DNA of 64,000 nt from a bacterium (lineage in GTDB: Bacteria > Patescibacteriota > Dojkabacteria > GCA-002793355), in assembly GCA_020853235.1 (NCBI GenBank), contig JADYZG010000008.1:14498-78497 (forward strand). The letters run 5' to 3'. Position 1 is the stretch's first letter. Every line of letters starts with the position of its first letter. This document shows positions 47,331-57,517 of this stretch, one piece after another. The notes beneath the pieces were generated by a model. It worked only from the letters and a program-made list of their open reading frames with translations, did not search any database and was not told the origin of the DNA. Position numbers and translations under genes: made by a program.

Positions 47331-49994
47331 TCTGAATCTCCAAATAGTCGCCCCTGATAATACATACATATATACTTCTTGGTTTCTAACATTTAAATCT
47401 ACTGCTATTGACTTTACATCTTTAAATCGATCGTCACTTTGGTCGAATTGATAAATTTTTTCAACAATACCTCGTCCTGGATGTTTCGAATTTGGTTTTT
47501 CAATAGAAAGCACTGCATTCTTTGTTTTATCATAAACGTACAGATTCCTTTCCCCAGATGGATTTGTGTAAGAGGAAGTTAATTGTCCTAGATTCTCACG
47601 TTGCGGTACCGTAAAGTTATCAAGTTTTCCTCCATAAAAGCGCTTTATTTCCCCTTTTCCGTCTACAGAAGCAATCGTATAAATAAAATTGTCGATAGTT
47701 ATAGACTGCACCCCAAGAAGATCTTTAATGTACTGCGTAGGTTGTTCAAAACCACCACCTGCTTTTGCTGCGATTTTATACACAACATTTGCCGTTGTTG
47801 GCACAACATAAACATTCTTTGCATAGCCATCAACATAAGAACACTCACCAATCACCGTTGGTTCTGCCCCAACTATCCTATTAAATCCTTGTTGATTTCC
47901 ACTTGCTTTATTAGAAAAATACAAGACACCATTTACTTTATCACACACAAATAGCGTACCTTCACCTGTACCAACAGTAACAGGATCAACAACCAACCCT
48001 AACGGATCTTCGAGCTTTACAACACTCTTGGTCTCAACATTGATTTGATACACAGATTTTCTCCCTTTATCCGCTACCACAATCGAACTGCCTCTAAAAG
48101 TGATTGCCGAAATATCTGAATCATTCCCAAGAGATACTTTAAAGTCAGTCACAAGCTCCACGTCCTTAACACGAACAATACCGTAAATTCTATCGTACTT
48201 CGCCTGGCACTCAGCGACCTTCGCCTGAACCTGACTTGTTAGCGTCTTAACTTCAGAAATTGTCTGTTCAGATTTTATCTTCGGGAGAACAATGCTTTCC
48301 TTTTCATACACCTTTGAAGCTTCTGGAACACATAATTCTAATTGATTCTCTGTATCTTCTGCATCAATACTCTCTATGCTCTGCTCAAAAAATGTCGAGA
48401 AAATTGCTACTTGCTGTTGATACGATGCGAGTAATGTTTTCTCTTCCTCATTTTGTCTCACTTTTCCCCGAACAAAAAGAAAAATAGACAGGATTACTAC
48501 AATAAGAATGATGACCATCCCCGGTTGTATTTTCTTTTTTTCGAGCGAAGTTGGACGAGAAAGAAATAATTTTTGTTCTGCAATACTTGATTGGCGACCC
48601 AACAATGAAAGAATCTTTTGATACATTGTCTGCGCTGAAGTACGTAAGAAAACCTGTGCACGCTTTGTTACCGGGTGCCTACTTAACCGACCCAAAGGTG
48701 AGTGTCGTGCACGAAGCTCGTCCACGTAATTTTTCCCATTTACGGGAAGAATTGGTGTGGGGAGGAAACTCTTAGTTCGCGTATCTTCCTTTGTCTCGAC
48801 TGCTTCCTTCGCTTCCTCAACAATCTCTTGATATTCACTTTTTTCTACTACCATTGCAGGAGTAATTTCTTCAGCAATGACAAAATCATCAACAGCAATT
48901 TCCTTGCCTGGCAGCAGTTCAACAGGATTAACAATATGGATATCTTCCTCCGGTTTTTCCTCTTGAGAATGATCAGTCATGTCTGAAACAACGGCATCTG
49001 ACGACAGTACAGGTGGAGGCTCAATAAAACTGTCACCCTGTAACCCAAGTTCTTCTGTAGCCACAGTAGCAGTCGAAGACTTGTTACTTTTTGTGGTATT
49101 CTCAGTCAGTTCCTCAAGTGGATCAAGAATTTTATCTGTTTCGGTCGCACTTTCGAGAACATCCACCACCGTAGTCTCTGGGATTGCAGATTCCTGCGTT
49201 ACTACAGCACGCTGTTTTTTTATTTTTTCGACAGTCTGAGCAACAAAATCCTTAACGTAATCGAAACCCAATCTAGTCTTTTCTTTGACAGTTTCGACTA
49301 TAGTCGCTATCTGAGTCACAACCTTCTTGCTATCAGGCACTTCGATTCCAGTTGCAGCTATAAGAAACAGTTTTTTGCTTCCGAAAAGGTTCTCTTTAAA
49401 TTCCTCTAACGACCTTAAAAGCGCATCTACACTTGTTAATGCGAACATATCGGTTTCCAAAGCATTACGAAGTAATGTTTTATTGCCTAATAGCAAAACG
49501 TCACCCTTGTCTAGTTCTACTTCTAAAAACTTTAAATCGTATAATGTTTCATTGTCAGGAACCATTTTACCCATGTCAGCATATTTCTTGTCACGGATAA
49601 CAAAAATATCTGAATCTCCAAACTGAATGAGTTTTAGTGTATAACCTTTCTCTGCTTCGACAACGTTCAATAGTACGATATTAACATCCATTCCCTCTTG
49701 CACTCCAAAATTCTGCAACAGTTGAATAAACATTTTGACTGATTTTTTTAGTGCCGATTCAAACCCATCTGTATAAAAATTATCGGAAAAACTCTCCCAA
49801 AATCGTTTTGTTATTTGTTCATAAACGTCATCGCCAATCTCACCACCACTAAGGACTTCAAAAAATAGACCAATGCCGCCCTGCGACGTTTTCGCTTTAT
49901 CAAGTGGGAAGTACCAAAAAATCCGTGAGTAACTGCCGCTCTCGACATCACTCGATAGGTACTGTTTTACTAAAAATGGGGCGTGTAGACTCAT
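47325..49994 (-). CDS. Large bitopic membrane protein: cytoplasmic PP2C/SpoIIE-like (probably inactive) domain, acidic linker, TM, extracellular beta-rich domain
   Basis: LIQFGDSDIFVIRDKK and LDKGDVLLLGNKTLL resemble PPM blocks, but no DG.GG metal motif is seen. TM is MVIILIVVILSIFLFV, and about 380 aa lie C-terminal to it. Confidence 0.5.
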   Translation of the reverse strand: MSLHAPFLVKQYLSSDVESGSYSRIFWYFPLDKAKTSQGGIGLFFEVLSGGEIGDDVYEQITKRFWESFSDNFYTDGFESALKKSVKMFIQLLQNFGVQEGMDVNIVLLNVVEAEKGYTLKLIQFGDSDIFVIRDKKYADMGKMVPDNETLYDLKFLEVELDKGDVLLLGNKTLLRNALETDMFALTSVDALLRSLEEFKENLFGSKKLFLIAATGIEVPDSKKVVTQIATIVETVKEKTRLGFDYVKDFVAQTVEKIKKQRAVVTQESAIPETTVVDVLESATETDKILDPLEELTENTTKSNKSSTATVATEELGLQGDSFIEPPPVLSSDAVVSDMTDHSQEEKPEEDIHIVNPVELLPGKEIAVDDFVIAEEITPAMVVEKSEYQEIVEEAKEAVETKEDTRTKSFLPTPILPVNGKNYVDELRARHSPLGRLSRHPVTKRAQVFLRTSAQTMYQKILSLLGRQSSIAEQKLFLSRPTSLEKKKIQPGMVIILIVVILSIFLFVRGKVRQNEEEKTLLASYQQQVAIFSTFFEQSIESIDAEDTENQLELCVPEASKVYEKESIVLPKIKSEQTISEVKTLTSQVQAKVAECQAKYDRIYGIVRVKDVELVTDFKVSLGNDSDISAITFRGSSIVVADKGRKSVYQINVETKSVVKLEDPLGLVVDPVTVGTGEGTLFVCDKVNGVLYFSNKASGNQQGFNRIVGAEPTVIGECSYVDGYAKNVYVVPTTANVVYKIAAKAGGGFEQPTQYIKDLLGVQSITIDNFIYTIASVDGKGEIKRFYGGKLDNFTVPQRENLGQLTSSYTNPSGERNLYVYDKTKNAVLSIEKPNSKHPGRGIVEKIYQFDQSDDRFKDVKSIAVDLNVRNQEVYMYVLSGATIWRFRL

Positions 49995-49997
49995 GTA

Positions 49998-50285
49998 CTA
50001 GAAGAGTAGCAAAAGTCCTAGGAATAAAGCAAGAGCCAAAACTGCAAAAAAGTGGAGTAACGACACATATCGCATTATTCCAGAGTTCGGAGTTGTCAAA
50101 GTTAATGACAAAATACGAACACGTAAATAAAGAAAGAGCGCAAAGAAAACATACCCTACCAGAAAAACTCCTGTTGCCACCTTCATACCAGTCGAAATAA
50201 TAGGAAGTCCAGTCTCTATCCTAAGCTGAGTTAAACTTGGGCTAAACAGATTCGTCGTCGGGAACATCGCGTTTTTCATTTTCAA
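49998..50285 (-). CDS. Small membrane protein (95 aa, 2-3 TM)
   Basis: Hydrophobic ORF wedged between two genes; overlaps the upstream gene by 44 nt. Confidence 0.4.
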   Translation of the reverse strand: MKMKNAMFPTTNLFSPSLTQLRIETGLPIISTGMKVATGVFLVGYVFFALFLYLRVRILSLTLTTPNSGIMRYVSLLHFFAVLALALFLGLLLLF

Positions 50286-50868
50286 CTAAGTCCATTAAGA
50301 TGTCTTGCACATCTCGAGCTTTTGGCAAATTTGCCAATTCAAAATTTTCTTTATGTGATGCTGTGAGGATGACCAAGTTCGCCATATCAAAGATTGTATT
50401 AATAAACCCCGGTGTCGAATATGAGACATCTTGTATGGCTCGGAGTACCGTTGTACTCCAGCGAGAATCCATAACAGTTTGAAAATCTAGGTCAACTAAC
50501 CGCGTCGACGTGACAATTGTCACAGTAAAATACCACTTAAAAAAATCATACACTATACTTGTAATCGCAACCCCAATCCCTCCAACAAAAATGATAAAGC
50601 CCAGAGCACCCACTTGAACGAGAGAACCAAAAAGTGTTCCGAATACCCAAGTTAAAAATATAAACAACATGAGTAAACCAAGTGAACGAAGAATAGTTGG
50701 AATAAAAACGATTGGATGCTGCCTCAAAAAAAGAATTATTTGCTCATCGCCGTCTTGTCCATCAAAAGTGACCCGATCTGGATAAACACGTACTGCGTCA
50801 AAAAGGCGAAAACTCGAGAGTTGTTGTATCTTATTATACGACGATTGACTTACTTTTATACCAGCCAT
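50242..50868 (-). CDS. Membrane protein with bacterial PH (YdbS/YdbT, DUF304)-like domain
   Basis: ILFLRQHPIVFIPTILRSLGLLMLF hairpin TM pair followed by a beta-rich domain, as in bPH_2 proteins. Confidence 0.5.
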   Translation of the reverse strand: MAGIKVSQSSYNKIQQLSSFRLFDAVRVYPDRVTFDGQDGDEQIILFLRQHPIVFIPTILRSLGLLMLFIFLTWVFGTLFGSLVQVGALGFIIFVGGIGVAITSIVYDFFKWYFTVTIVTSTRLVDLDFQTVMDSRWSTTVLRAIQDVSYSTPGFINTIFDMANLVILTASHKENFELANLPKARDVQDILMDLVENEKRDVPDDESV

Positions 50869-52929
50869 TTAGTTATATTCTACTCTTATTTCGGTATCTG
50901 CCGGAACTTTCTTAATGAGTGTACTTCCCTCATAAATTGAAATCTCGCTTTTTGCAGTTACTTGCATAACACGAGAACCAACTTTTGTAAGTGCAACTCG
51001 AACTTTCCGTCCTATATCATATTGTACTACATTTGCGTTGTTATAGTAATACTCCAGAATTTGTTCGTGATTCTGACCTGCTAATGCTCTCCCCTGAGCA
51101 CCATATTGACTCATACCAACTCGATGCCCCCAACCTCTAGACCAAACTTCCCATTTTTCTGAGTTCACCTTCTTAATATCATAAAGTGTTGACCAAACAG
51201 AATTTGTACCAGGCGAACGCACATTATAGGCAGTCTTAAACCCCGTTCCCGAAACAGTCATCGTACCAGTCGTCCCAATAACTTCTAGATATGAAGTAAA
51301 TTTTGAATTTTCAACAAGAGTTTCCCCTCCCTGATTATAAAACTGCTTTACCGTTTGAATAGTTCCCACCTTCTCGTTCACTGCACTAGCTCCCAACGCT
51401 AGCTTTACTGCCGAAGATGATTGTTCTGACGGGGTTCTAACTATTTTATATTTATCGTAATAAATTGCTGCGTTAAGATAGTCCACTAACAGTGCCATCG
51501 TATTTGTTCTATCTTGCTTTATCCAGTAGGACCTTGAACCACTGACATTGTTTCCGTAGGCTTTCCAAACACCACCATCAAAATACCTATCAGGTTTCGC
51601 AACAAGATACCCCAATGTACCGCCAAAGGAAGGCGACTCCTGTGATGATAGGGTATGTCCGCCTGTATCAGAGGAATATAATGCAAGAACCGTTTTTCCA
51701 CCATACTCAAGAACCTTTTTTGTTGTAGAATCAACTGCAGTTTTCCATTGAGACCCCGAGCCCCCCTTAATTTTTGACGTACCACTATATTCTTGATCTT
51801 GAACATAATCATAAAGGTCGAACTTTCCATACCCACCGTAGCGCATTTTATACGTCGCATATGAGCGACCTGCAATCGCTTGAACCTTTAGAGCTTCCAT
51901 TGCCCACGACGACGGCATTTCTGCTAAACCATAGAGATATTCGTCCATACTTAATTCGTTAATCGCATAAACCCCCGAAGATTTATTGAATTCTAATGTA
52001 CCATTATATTCTGTAGCTACCTCTTTATCATATGCTGTTTTAGGTCTCTTGAGTGTAATTTCATTCGCGCTAGCACTCATACGTAAGACACTATTTGTTT
52101 TTTTTACCAAGGTACCACCAACAAGGAGCGAGACAGCTCCTGTTGTACTCGGTGGCGTTACCCCACCAACATTTCCTCCTCCACTTCCACTACCGGAACC
52201 ACTAGAAGGATTACTTACAGAATTAGCCTTTTGATTAATAATTGCTTGAGCTGCCTTTGTTAGTTTTGAAATATCTGAAACAAGAGCGTTTCTTTGCGAG
52301 TAACTTTTCGACAAGGATACGGCATATTTTGATTGCTGATCTTCCAAAGAAGCAATTTGTTGATTAACCTCAGACAAGGATTTCTGAATTGTACCCTGTT
52401 CTTGTGCTATGAGTGCTTTCTTCACCGCAATTCCTTGTTGTTTAGTTTCAATTAACTCCTGCTGTTGCTTCATCGACTGTGATTGCACATTGTAGTAAAG
52501 AACCCTTTCAAGTACATTACCCAAAGAAGGTGATTCAAACAAGGTAACAAGAAAATTCTTTTGCGAATCAATAAGGTAGAGAGCCTGCTGCAAGGAATAC
52601 GTATTTGCAATCGTTACTAACTCCCCTTCTTGTTTAACAGTCTCATCTTCAAGGATTTTAACATCTGCAGCCATTAAATTCAGTAACTTTTCTAGCTTTG
52701 ACTTCTCCTTTTTGAGATTTTCTAATTTACTCGAAACACTCGCATTAGACGAAGCAATTATGGTAATTTCTGAAAGAATCTTATTAAGCTCTTGTTTTTT
52801 TTGAGATTTCTTTTGCTCAATTTCTTGCTGAGTCTCTGCATGCACAAAAGGAACAGTTGCAAATAAATAACCCCCAATAGAGACAACTAAAAAAAACATT
52901 AAAAAACGAAGATTAGGCAGCAACTTCAT
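50869..52929 (-). CDS. SpoIID/LytB-domain peptidoglycan-remodelling protein with long N-terminal coiled coil
   Basis: Signal/TM, about 200-aa coiled coil and a SGSGSGSGGG linker. SpoIID blocks MDEYLYGLAEMPSSWAMEALKVQAIAGRSYA and GHRVGMSQYGAQGRA. Confidence 0.8.
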   Translation of the reverse strand: MKLLPNLRFLMFFLVVSIGGYLFATVPFVHAETQQEIEQKKSQKKQELNKILSEITIIASSNASVSSKLENLKKEKSKLEKLLNLMAADVKILEDETVKQEGELVTIANTYSLQQALYLIDSQKNFLVTLFESPSLGNVLERVLYYNVQSQSMKQQQELIETKQQGIAVKKALIAQEQGTIQKSLSEVNQQIASLEDQQSKYAVSLSKSYSQRNALVSDISKLTKAAQAIINQKANSVSNPSSGSGSGSGGGNVGGVTPPSTTGAVSLLVGGTLVKKTNSVLRMSASANEITLKRPKTAYDKEVATEYNGTLEFNKSSGVYAINELSMDEYLYGLAEMPSSWAMEALKVQAIAGRSYATYKMRYGGYGKFDLYDYVQDQEYSGTSKIKGGSGSQWKTAVDSTTKKVLEYGGKTVLALYSSDTGGHTLSSQESPSFGGTLGYLVAKPDRYFDGGVWKAYGNNVSGSRSYWIKQDRTNTMALLVDYLNAAIYYDKYKIVRTPSEQSSSAVKLALGASAVNEKVGTIQTVKQFYNQGGETLVENSKFTSYLEVIGTTGTMTVSGTGFKTAYNVRSPGTNSVWSTLYDIKKVNSEKWEVWSRGWGHRVGMSQYGAQGRALAGQNHEQILEYYYNNANVVQYDIGRKVRVALTKVGSRVMQVTAKSEISIYEGSTLIKKVPADTEIRVEYN

Positions 52930-52945
52930 TGCCTATTGTAGCATG

Positions 52946-53305
52946 TTACAGCGTTATACTATTCCCTTTAGTAATATCGTACCCTATCAACGAAAGACTC
53001 AAACGCACGATAAGGTATGAGAGTAATACAACCGCGTACCCAATGACCGCCCAAAAAATCATTTGTGTTGATTGTTGGACCTTTTTTGGGTTATCTGCAG
53101 CTAGTGATCGAGTAAAACCCGCATAGACAATCATTACCACCAAAAGAACAGGGCCTAACCGAAACAATAATCCGTTGATAACTGGAAGCAACAACGCAAG
53201 CATTTCGGGAATGGTCGGAGGAGTAGGATTTGATGCATCGACGGCCGCGTAGACCTTACCATAAAATATAGTCGAAACTCTCTGCAACAAAATGCCTCCA
53301 ATCAT
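52946..53305 (-). CDS. Two-TM pilin-like protein (TrbC/VirB2-type T4SS pilin-like), divergent member
   Basis: TM1 - YAGFTRSLAADNPKKVQQSTQMIFWAVIGYAV - TM2. Same architecture as the other four paralogs. Confidence 0.55.
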   Translation of the reverse strand: MIGGILLQRVSTIFYGKVYAAVDASNPTPPTIPEMLALLLPVINGLLFRLGPVLLVVMIVYAGFTRSLAADNPKKVQQSTQMIFWAVIGYAVVLLSYLIVRLSLSLIGYDITKGNSITL

Positions 53306-53313
53306 AACGTATC

Positions 53314-53709
53314 TTATCTAGAGCCTGCGGGAATAACTACTGGATTTGCCCCTGTTGTTCCTTCTTCAACTGATGGAAGATCATCAATTCCCTTACCGTC
53401 CAACTGTACGACCACTAATTGAATTAATGCGTATGCTGCGAAGGAAACGATCAGACCAATAATAGCATTGGTTATACTTCCCATCGCCTGTTTTGCCTTT
53501 GTTGGATCACCTTGGCTAGTTACATATTGGACACCCGCGAACATGATATAGATAACTGCTGCAACAACGACAACAATTAAAATAAGGTTCAAGACATTCT
53601 TTACCAAGTCATTTGCATTAGTTGCCCCACGAGATGGTCTCCAGCTACTTTCTGCGTAAACACTTGGAATAACGACATTTTGTACAAATTCAAGTACATT
53701 CATTTTCAA
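53314..53709 (-). CDS. Two-TM pilin-like protein (TrbC/VirB2-type T4SS pilin-like)
   Basis: Leader ending VYAES, TM1, then YVTSQGDPTKAKQAMGSITNAIIGLIV, then TM2. Confidence 0.65.
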   Translation of the reverse strand: MKMNVLEFVQNVVIPSVYAESSWRPSRGATNANDLVKNVLNLILIVVVVAAVIYIMFAGVQYVTSQGDPTKAKQAMGSITNAIIGLIVSFAAYALIQLVVVQLDGKGIDDLPSVEEGTTGANPVVIPAGSR

Positions 53710-53779
53710 AAAAGTAAAACTTAATAGGATATTTTAACAACCCTCAGACTAACCGTCAATACCTATGTTACAATTCTAC

Positions 53780-55450
53780 ATGAAACACATTCTTATTGGC
53801 GTTTCCTGGCCATACACGAATGGACCGATGCATATTGGTCACCTAGCTGGGCAAAACATCGTCTGCGATGTTTTTGCACGCTTCCATCGAATCGTCGGAA
53901 ATAAGGTCGCCATGGTTTCTGGGAGTGACATGCATGGGACACCAATCACTACGAAAGCCGAAGAAAAGGGAGTTCCCGTAGAAGAATTTGTTGAGCAAGG
54001 TCATCAAAGTTTTTTAAAAATATTCGAGCAGCTCTCTATTAAATTTGATCTTTTTACAAAAACTCGGGCACCAAACCACATTAGGGTTGCTCAAAATTTC
54101 ATTACAGTTCTCAGTGAACAAGGATTTCTCTCGCGAAAGAAAACGATGCAATACTTTGACACAGAAAAGAATAGATTCTTAGCTGACAGGTATATCGAAG
54201 GGACTTGCCCACACTGTGGTTATACCCCAGCACGAGGTGATCAATGTGATACTTGCGGACACATATTAAGCCCTCAAGATTTGATTAATCCAATCAGTAA
54301 ACTCTCAAAAAGTACCCCGATTCTTAAAGAAACCGAAGAACTCTACTTCGAGATGGGGAAATTGCAAAAGCAACTCGAACAATACATAGAAACAAAAAAA
54401 GATTGGAGAAAAAACACCCTAGAATTCACTAAAGCATGGTTAAAAGAAGGGTTACACGAAAAACCGATTTCACGAGATATTGGGTGGGGAATTCCGATTC
54501 CAATCAAAGATTTTGAACAAAAGGTTATATATGTTTGGTTTGAGGCGGTTATCGGATACCTTTCAGCAACGATTGAGCTGGCGGAGCTACGAGGTAATCC
54601 ACCTGAATGGGAAGAATTTTGGAAAGATAATAACGCCGAGCATTATTACTTTATCGCAAAAGATAATATTCCCTTTCACACACTATTCTGGCCAGCGCAA
54701 TTGCTTGCATACAATACAAAATACGAAGGCTCTGTGTTAAAAAATCCACTGCCAGGAGAAACACTCAAGAAATCTCTTAATCTCCCCACAAACGTTGTCG
54801 CGAACATGTATTTAAATATTAAAGGTGAAAAAATGTCCAAAAGCAAAGGAACGCAAGTTCTTGCTCAGGATTTACTCGATAAGTTTTCACCTGAACTTGT
54901 TCGCTATTTCTTTATCCGTTACGCCCCCGAAAATCACGACCTAGACTTTAATTTCGACGATATTAAAACTTTGAATAACAATGAACTTGTGGCAACACTC
55001 GGAAATTATATCTATAGAGTTCTTTCTTATGTAAAAACAAGACAAGCGGGAAAACTATATAAATCAGAGTTACTACCAGAAGTCGAAAATGCAATCACCA
55101 AGGCATTTCTTACAACTAAACAGATGCTCGAAAAAGCGGTGTTTGCCTCTTCATTAATGGAAGTTATGACGTTAGCACAATTCGGAAATCAATACTTCAA
55201 TAATGCTGCTCCCTGGAAATCTACAGACGAGAAAGAAATTCAGAAGGTGTTATTTAATGCGACATCTATAGTTAAAGCATTACAATTACTTCTTAGACCG
55301 TATATTCCTTCATTTTCTGAGAAAATTGCAGCAATGCTTAATATTGATCCACACTTAGAAGCCGCCGACACGTGGAAGTACTCACCAATTTTTGACCAAA
55401 AAATTCACGAAATTGGGGAGCCGACTGTTCCGATTAAAAAGCTGGAGTAA
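53780..55450 (+). CDS. metG: Methionyl-tRNA synthetase
   Basis: PYTNGPMHIGHLAG (HIGH), zinc knuckle CPHCGYTPARGDQCDTCG, KMSKS. The start could also be ATG 53765. Confidence 0.9.
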   Translation: MKHILIGVSWPYTNGPMHIGHLAGQNIVCDVFARFHRIVGNKVAMVSGSDMHGTPITTKAEEKGVPVEEFVEQGHQSFLKIFEQLSIKFDLFTKTRAPNHIRVAQNFITVLSEQGFLSRKKTMQYFDTEKNRFLADRYIEGTCPHCGYTPARGDQCDTCGHILSPQDLINPISKLSKSTPILKETEELYFEMGKLQKQLEQYIETKKDWRKNTLEFTKAWLKEGLHEKPISRDIGWGIPIPIKDFEQKVIYVWFEAVIGYLSATIELAELRGNPPEWEEFWKDNNAEHYYFIAKDNIPFHTLFWPAQLLAYNTKYEGSVLKNPLPGETLKKSLNLPTNVVANMYLNIKGEKMSKSKGTQVLAQDLLDKFSPELVRYFFIRYAPENHDLDFNFDDIKTLNNNELVATLGNYIYRVLSYVKTRQAGKLYKSELLPEVENAITKAFLTTKQMLEKAVFASSLMEVMTLAQFGNQYFNNAAPWKSTDEKEIQKVLFNATSIVKALQLLLRPYIPSFSEKIAAMLNIDPHLEAADTWKYSPIFDQKIHEIGEPTVPIKKLE

Positions 55451-55568
55451 AAAATTCTTGTTTCACAAAACGTATCTTATGCATTTTGTTATAACTTTCG
55501 CTATCGGGAAATTCTGATTCACACTGGTCTTCTAAAAAGATACCTGTAACTTAAGCGGTTCTATAAAT

Positions 55569-55850
55569 TGTGGATAAGATGTGCTCAATACCAATTATTG
55601 ATGTGAAAAAATATGATGAGAATCTTGAAACAAAAATTTTTTCATCAGTAAAATTTTCCAAGTATTATTTTAGCGGAGAACCCCTACTGTTATCAACATG
55701 TTATGGACAAGTAATATAATGCAAGCAATAACGAAATAATGACTTCGTAAGAAGTTTCTGTCCACATATCCACAGTGTCTATTACTACTTCTATATTTAT
55801 AAAAAAAGAAGAAGAAAATTTCTAAATAAAATAAGTTAAAAATTATCGAA
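55569..55850. promoter_or_regulatory. Candidate chromosomal replication origin (DnaA-box cluster plus AT-rich unwinding tract)
   Basis: Perfect DnaA box tgtggataa (55569-55577). Near-boxes are ttatcaaca (55690-55698, 8/9), ttatggaca (55701-55709, 7/9), ctgtccaca (55758-55766, 7/9) and atatccaca (55766-55774, 8/9). A very AT-rich run spans 55786-55850. Immediately upstream of dnaN and at a gene-strand switch. Confidence 0.55.
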
Positions 55851-55902
55851 AGTGTCTCATAAGATATGATAGAATCAAAAATATAAGTTTTCTGTATTGT
55901 GA

Positions 55903-57039
55903 ATGGAATTCAAGATTAGTGCTGAGGTACTCTCAAGCTACGTAAATATCACGAGTAAAGTAGTTAATACAAAGGCTAATCTCCCTCTTTTGAATAATAT
56001 TCTTCTGGATGTAAAAAAAGATTCTATTAGTATTACGGGAACAGATCTTGAAGTTCAACTTACAGCAAAAGCACAACTCAATGCAAAAGCTACAGGAAAA
56101 ACTTCGGTTAACGCAAAACTTTTCTCACAGTATATTAATACCCTCCCAAAAACCGAAACGTTAGAAATTACGCAAGAAAAAGGGATTGTAAAAGTTTCCT
56201 CAAAAGCGGGAACAGCAGAGTTTACAACACGGGATGTCGAGGATTTCCCTCTTTTTGAATCGGGAGATATGGAAACCTTATTCACCTTAAACGGGGATCT
56301 CTTCGGAGTAATGGTAGACAAAACGACGTTTGCAGCTGCAAATGATGATATCCGCCCCATTCTTACCGGTATCAATATAGAGATTGAAAAAGAAATGGTT
56401 ACCATGGTTGCTTTAGATACCTTCAGACTTTCTAAAATTACTGAAAAATCTCAAACAGAGTTCGTTGGAAAAAAACAGATAGTTGTTCCTGCTACTGCAT
56501 TAGAGCAGATGGTTCGTGTTATCCGAGATACATTTATTTCTTCTGTAACCGATCAGCCTGTTGTAACTTGTAAGCTTGCGAAAACAGGAAACTTCGTTCT
56601 CTTACAGTATGGAGATATTGAATTATATGCGCGTCTGATAGAAGGTGAATATCCAGCGTACAAAGCGGTTATCCCAGTTGCGCATTCCGTTGAAGTTACG
56701 GCGTCTCGCGTTGCTTGGTTAGAATCCATAAAGCGTGTCGGTGTTTTTGCTCAGTCAGCCATTGGGCAGAAAGTGATTCTAAGTTTTGGTGACAGTAAGC
56801 TTGTTATGGAGTCTCAAGTTCCAGAAATTGGAAATATTAGAGAAGAATTAGAGGTAACTTACGAAGGAGAGCCGTTAAAAATTGCATTTCAAATTAAATT
56901 TCTTATGGATATTCTTACTCTTATTGCAGATGAAACAATCGTCTTTAGAGCAACAACAAAAGTCGCTCCAGGTGTGTTTTTACAGCCATCACTCGGCTCT
57001 TTTTTGCACATACTTATGCCTCTTAAATTAGACGAATAA
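55903..57039 (+). CDS. dnaN: DNA polymerase III beta sliding clamp
   Basis: 378 aa, three-domain clamp pattern (NTKANLPLLNNILL..., RPILTGINIE, LIEGEYPAYKAVIP, LMPLKL C-terminus). Confidence 0.9.
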   Translation: MEFKISAEVLSSYVNITSKVVNTKANLPLLNNILLDVKKDSISITGTDLEVQLTAKAQLNAKATGKTSVNAKLFSQYINTLPKTETLEITQEKGIVKVSSKAGTAEFTTRDVEDFPLFESGDMETLFTLNGDLFGVMVDKTTFAAANDDIRPILTGINIEIEKEMVTMVALDTFRLSKITEKSQTEFVGKKQIVVPATALEQMVRVIRDTFISSVTDQPVVTCKLAKTGNFVLLQYGDIELYARLIEGEYPAYKAVIPVAHSVEVTASRVAWLESIKRVGVFAQSAIGQKVILSFGDSKLVMESQVPEIGNIREELEVTYEGEPLKIAFQIKFLMDILTLIADETIVFRATTKVAPGVFLQPSLGSFLHILMPLKLDE

Positions 57040-57045
57040 GTGTCA

Positions 57046-57516
57046 ATGGCAAAAACAGAATCTCCAACGCAACTCCCTCTCTCGATTACGGTTTCTCCTT
57101 GGGCAGGGATAGTTTATCGTATCAAAAAGGACCTTCGTGAGTTTAAATACTCTGCACTTGTTCTTGTTATGACGCATGTTCTTTTTTGGCTTAATATCGG
57201 TTTAATTGCTGGAACGGGGTGGATTCTTTTCGTTAACAAAGAAATAGTCACTAAAGGTATCGGTATCGTTTTTATTCCTGGTGATAAATCGTTTGTCCCT
57301 GCGTTTACTGAGTATGCAGTACAGAATCTTGAAGTACTTCCTTACCTTTGGTATGGAATGGTTGGTATATTTTTTATTTCTGTAATTGTCAGTGTTTTGG
57401 TCTACTCGTTCGGTAGATATGGCATTACAACATTTCTCCTTTTACTTACAGGCGTAATCCTTGCTTTGCTTGCCAAAGTGATTGTTACTCCTATCTTGCT
57501 GCTGGGGGGGCAATAA
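57046..57516 (+). CDS. Hypothetical 4-TM membrane protein
   Basis: Hydrophobic ORF directly after dnaN. Start ATG 57046 (track uses GTG 57040). Confidence 0.45.
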   Translation: MAKTESPTQLPLSITVSPWAGIVYRIKKDLREFKYSALVLVMTHVLFWLNIGLIAGTGWILFVNKEIVTKGIGIVFIPGDKSFVPAFTEYAVQNLEVLPYLWYGMVGIFFISVIVSVLVYSFGRYGITTFLLLLTGVILALLAKVIVTPILLLGGQ

Positions 57517-57517
57517 A

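Noticed and set aside
55451-55902. Searched the metG-dnaN spacer for a short or decayed dnaA or rpmH reading frame
   Set aside because: There is no ORF of meaningful length and no DnaA-like motif in any frame. The region is interpreted as non-coding origin DNA.
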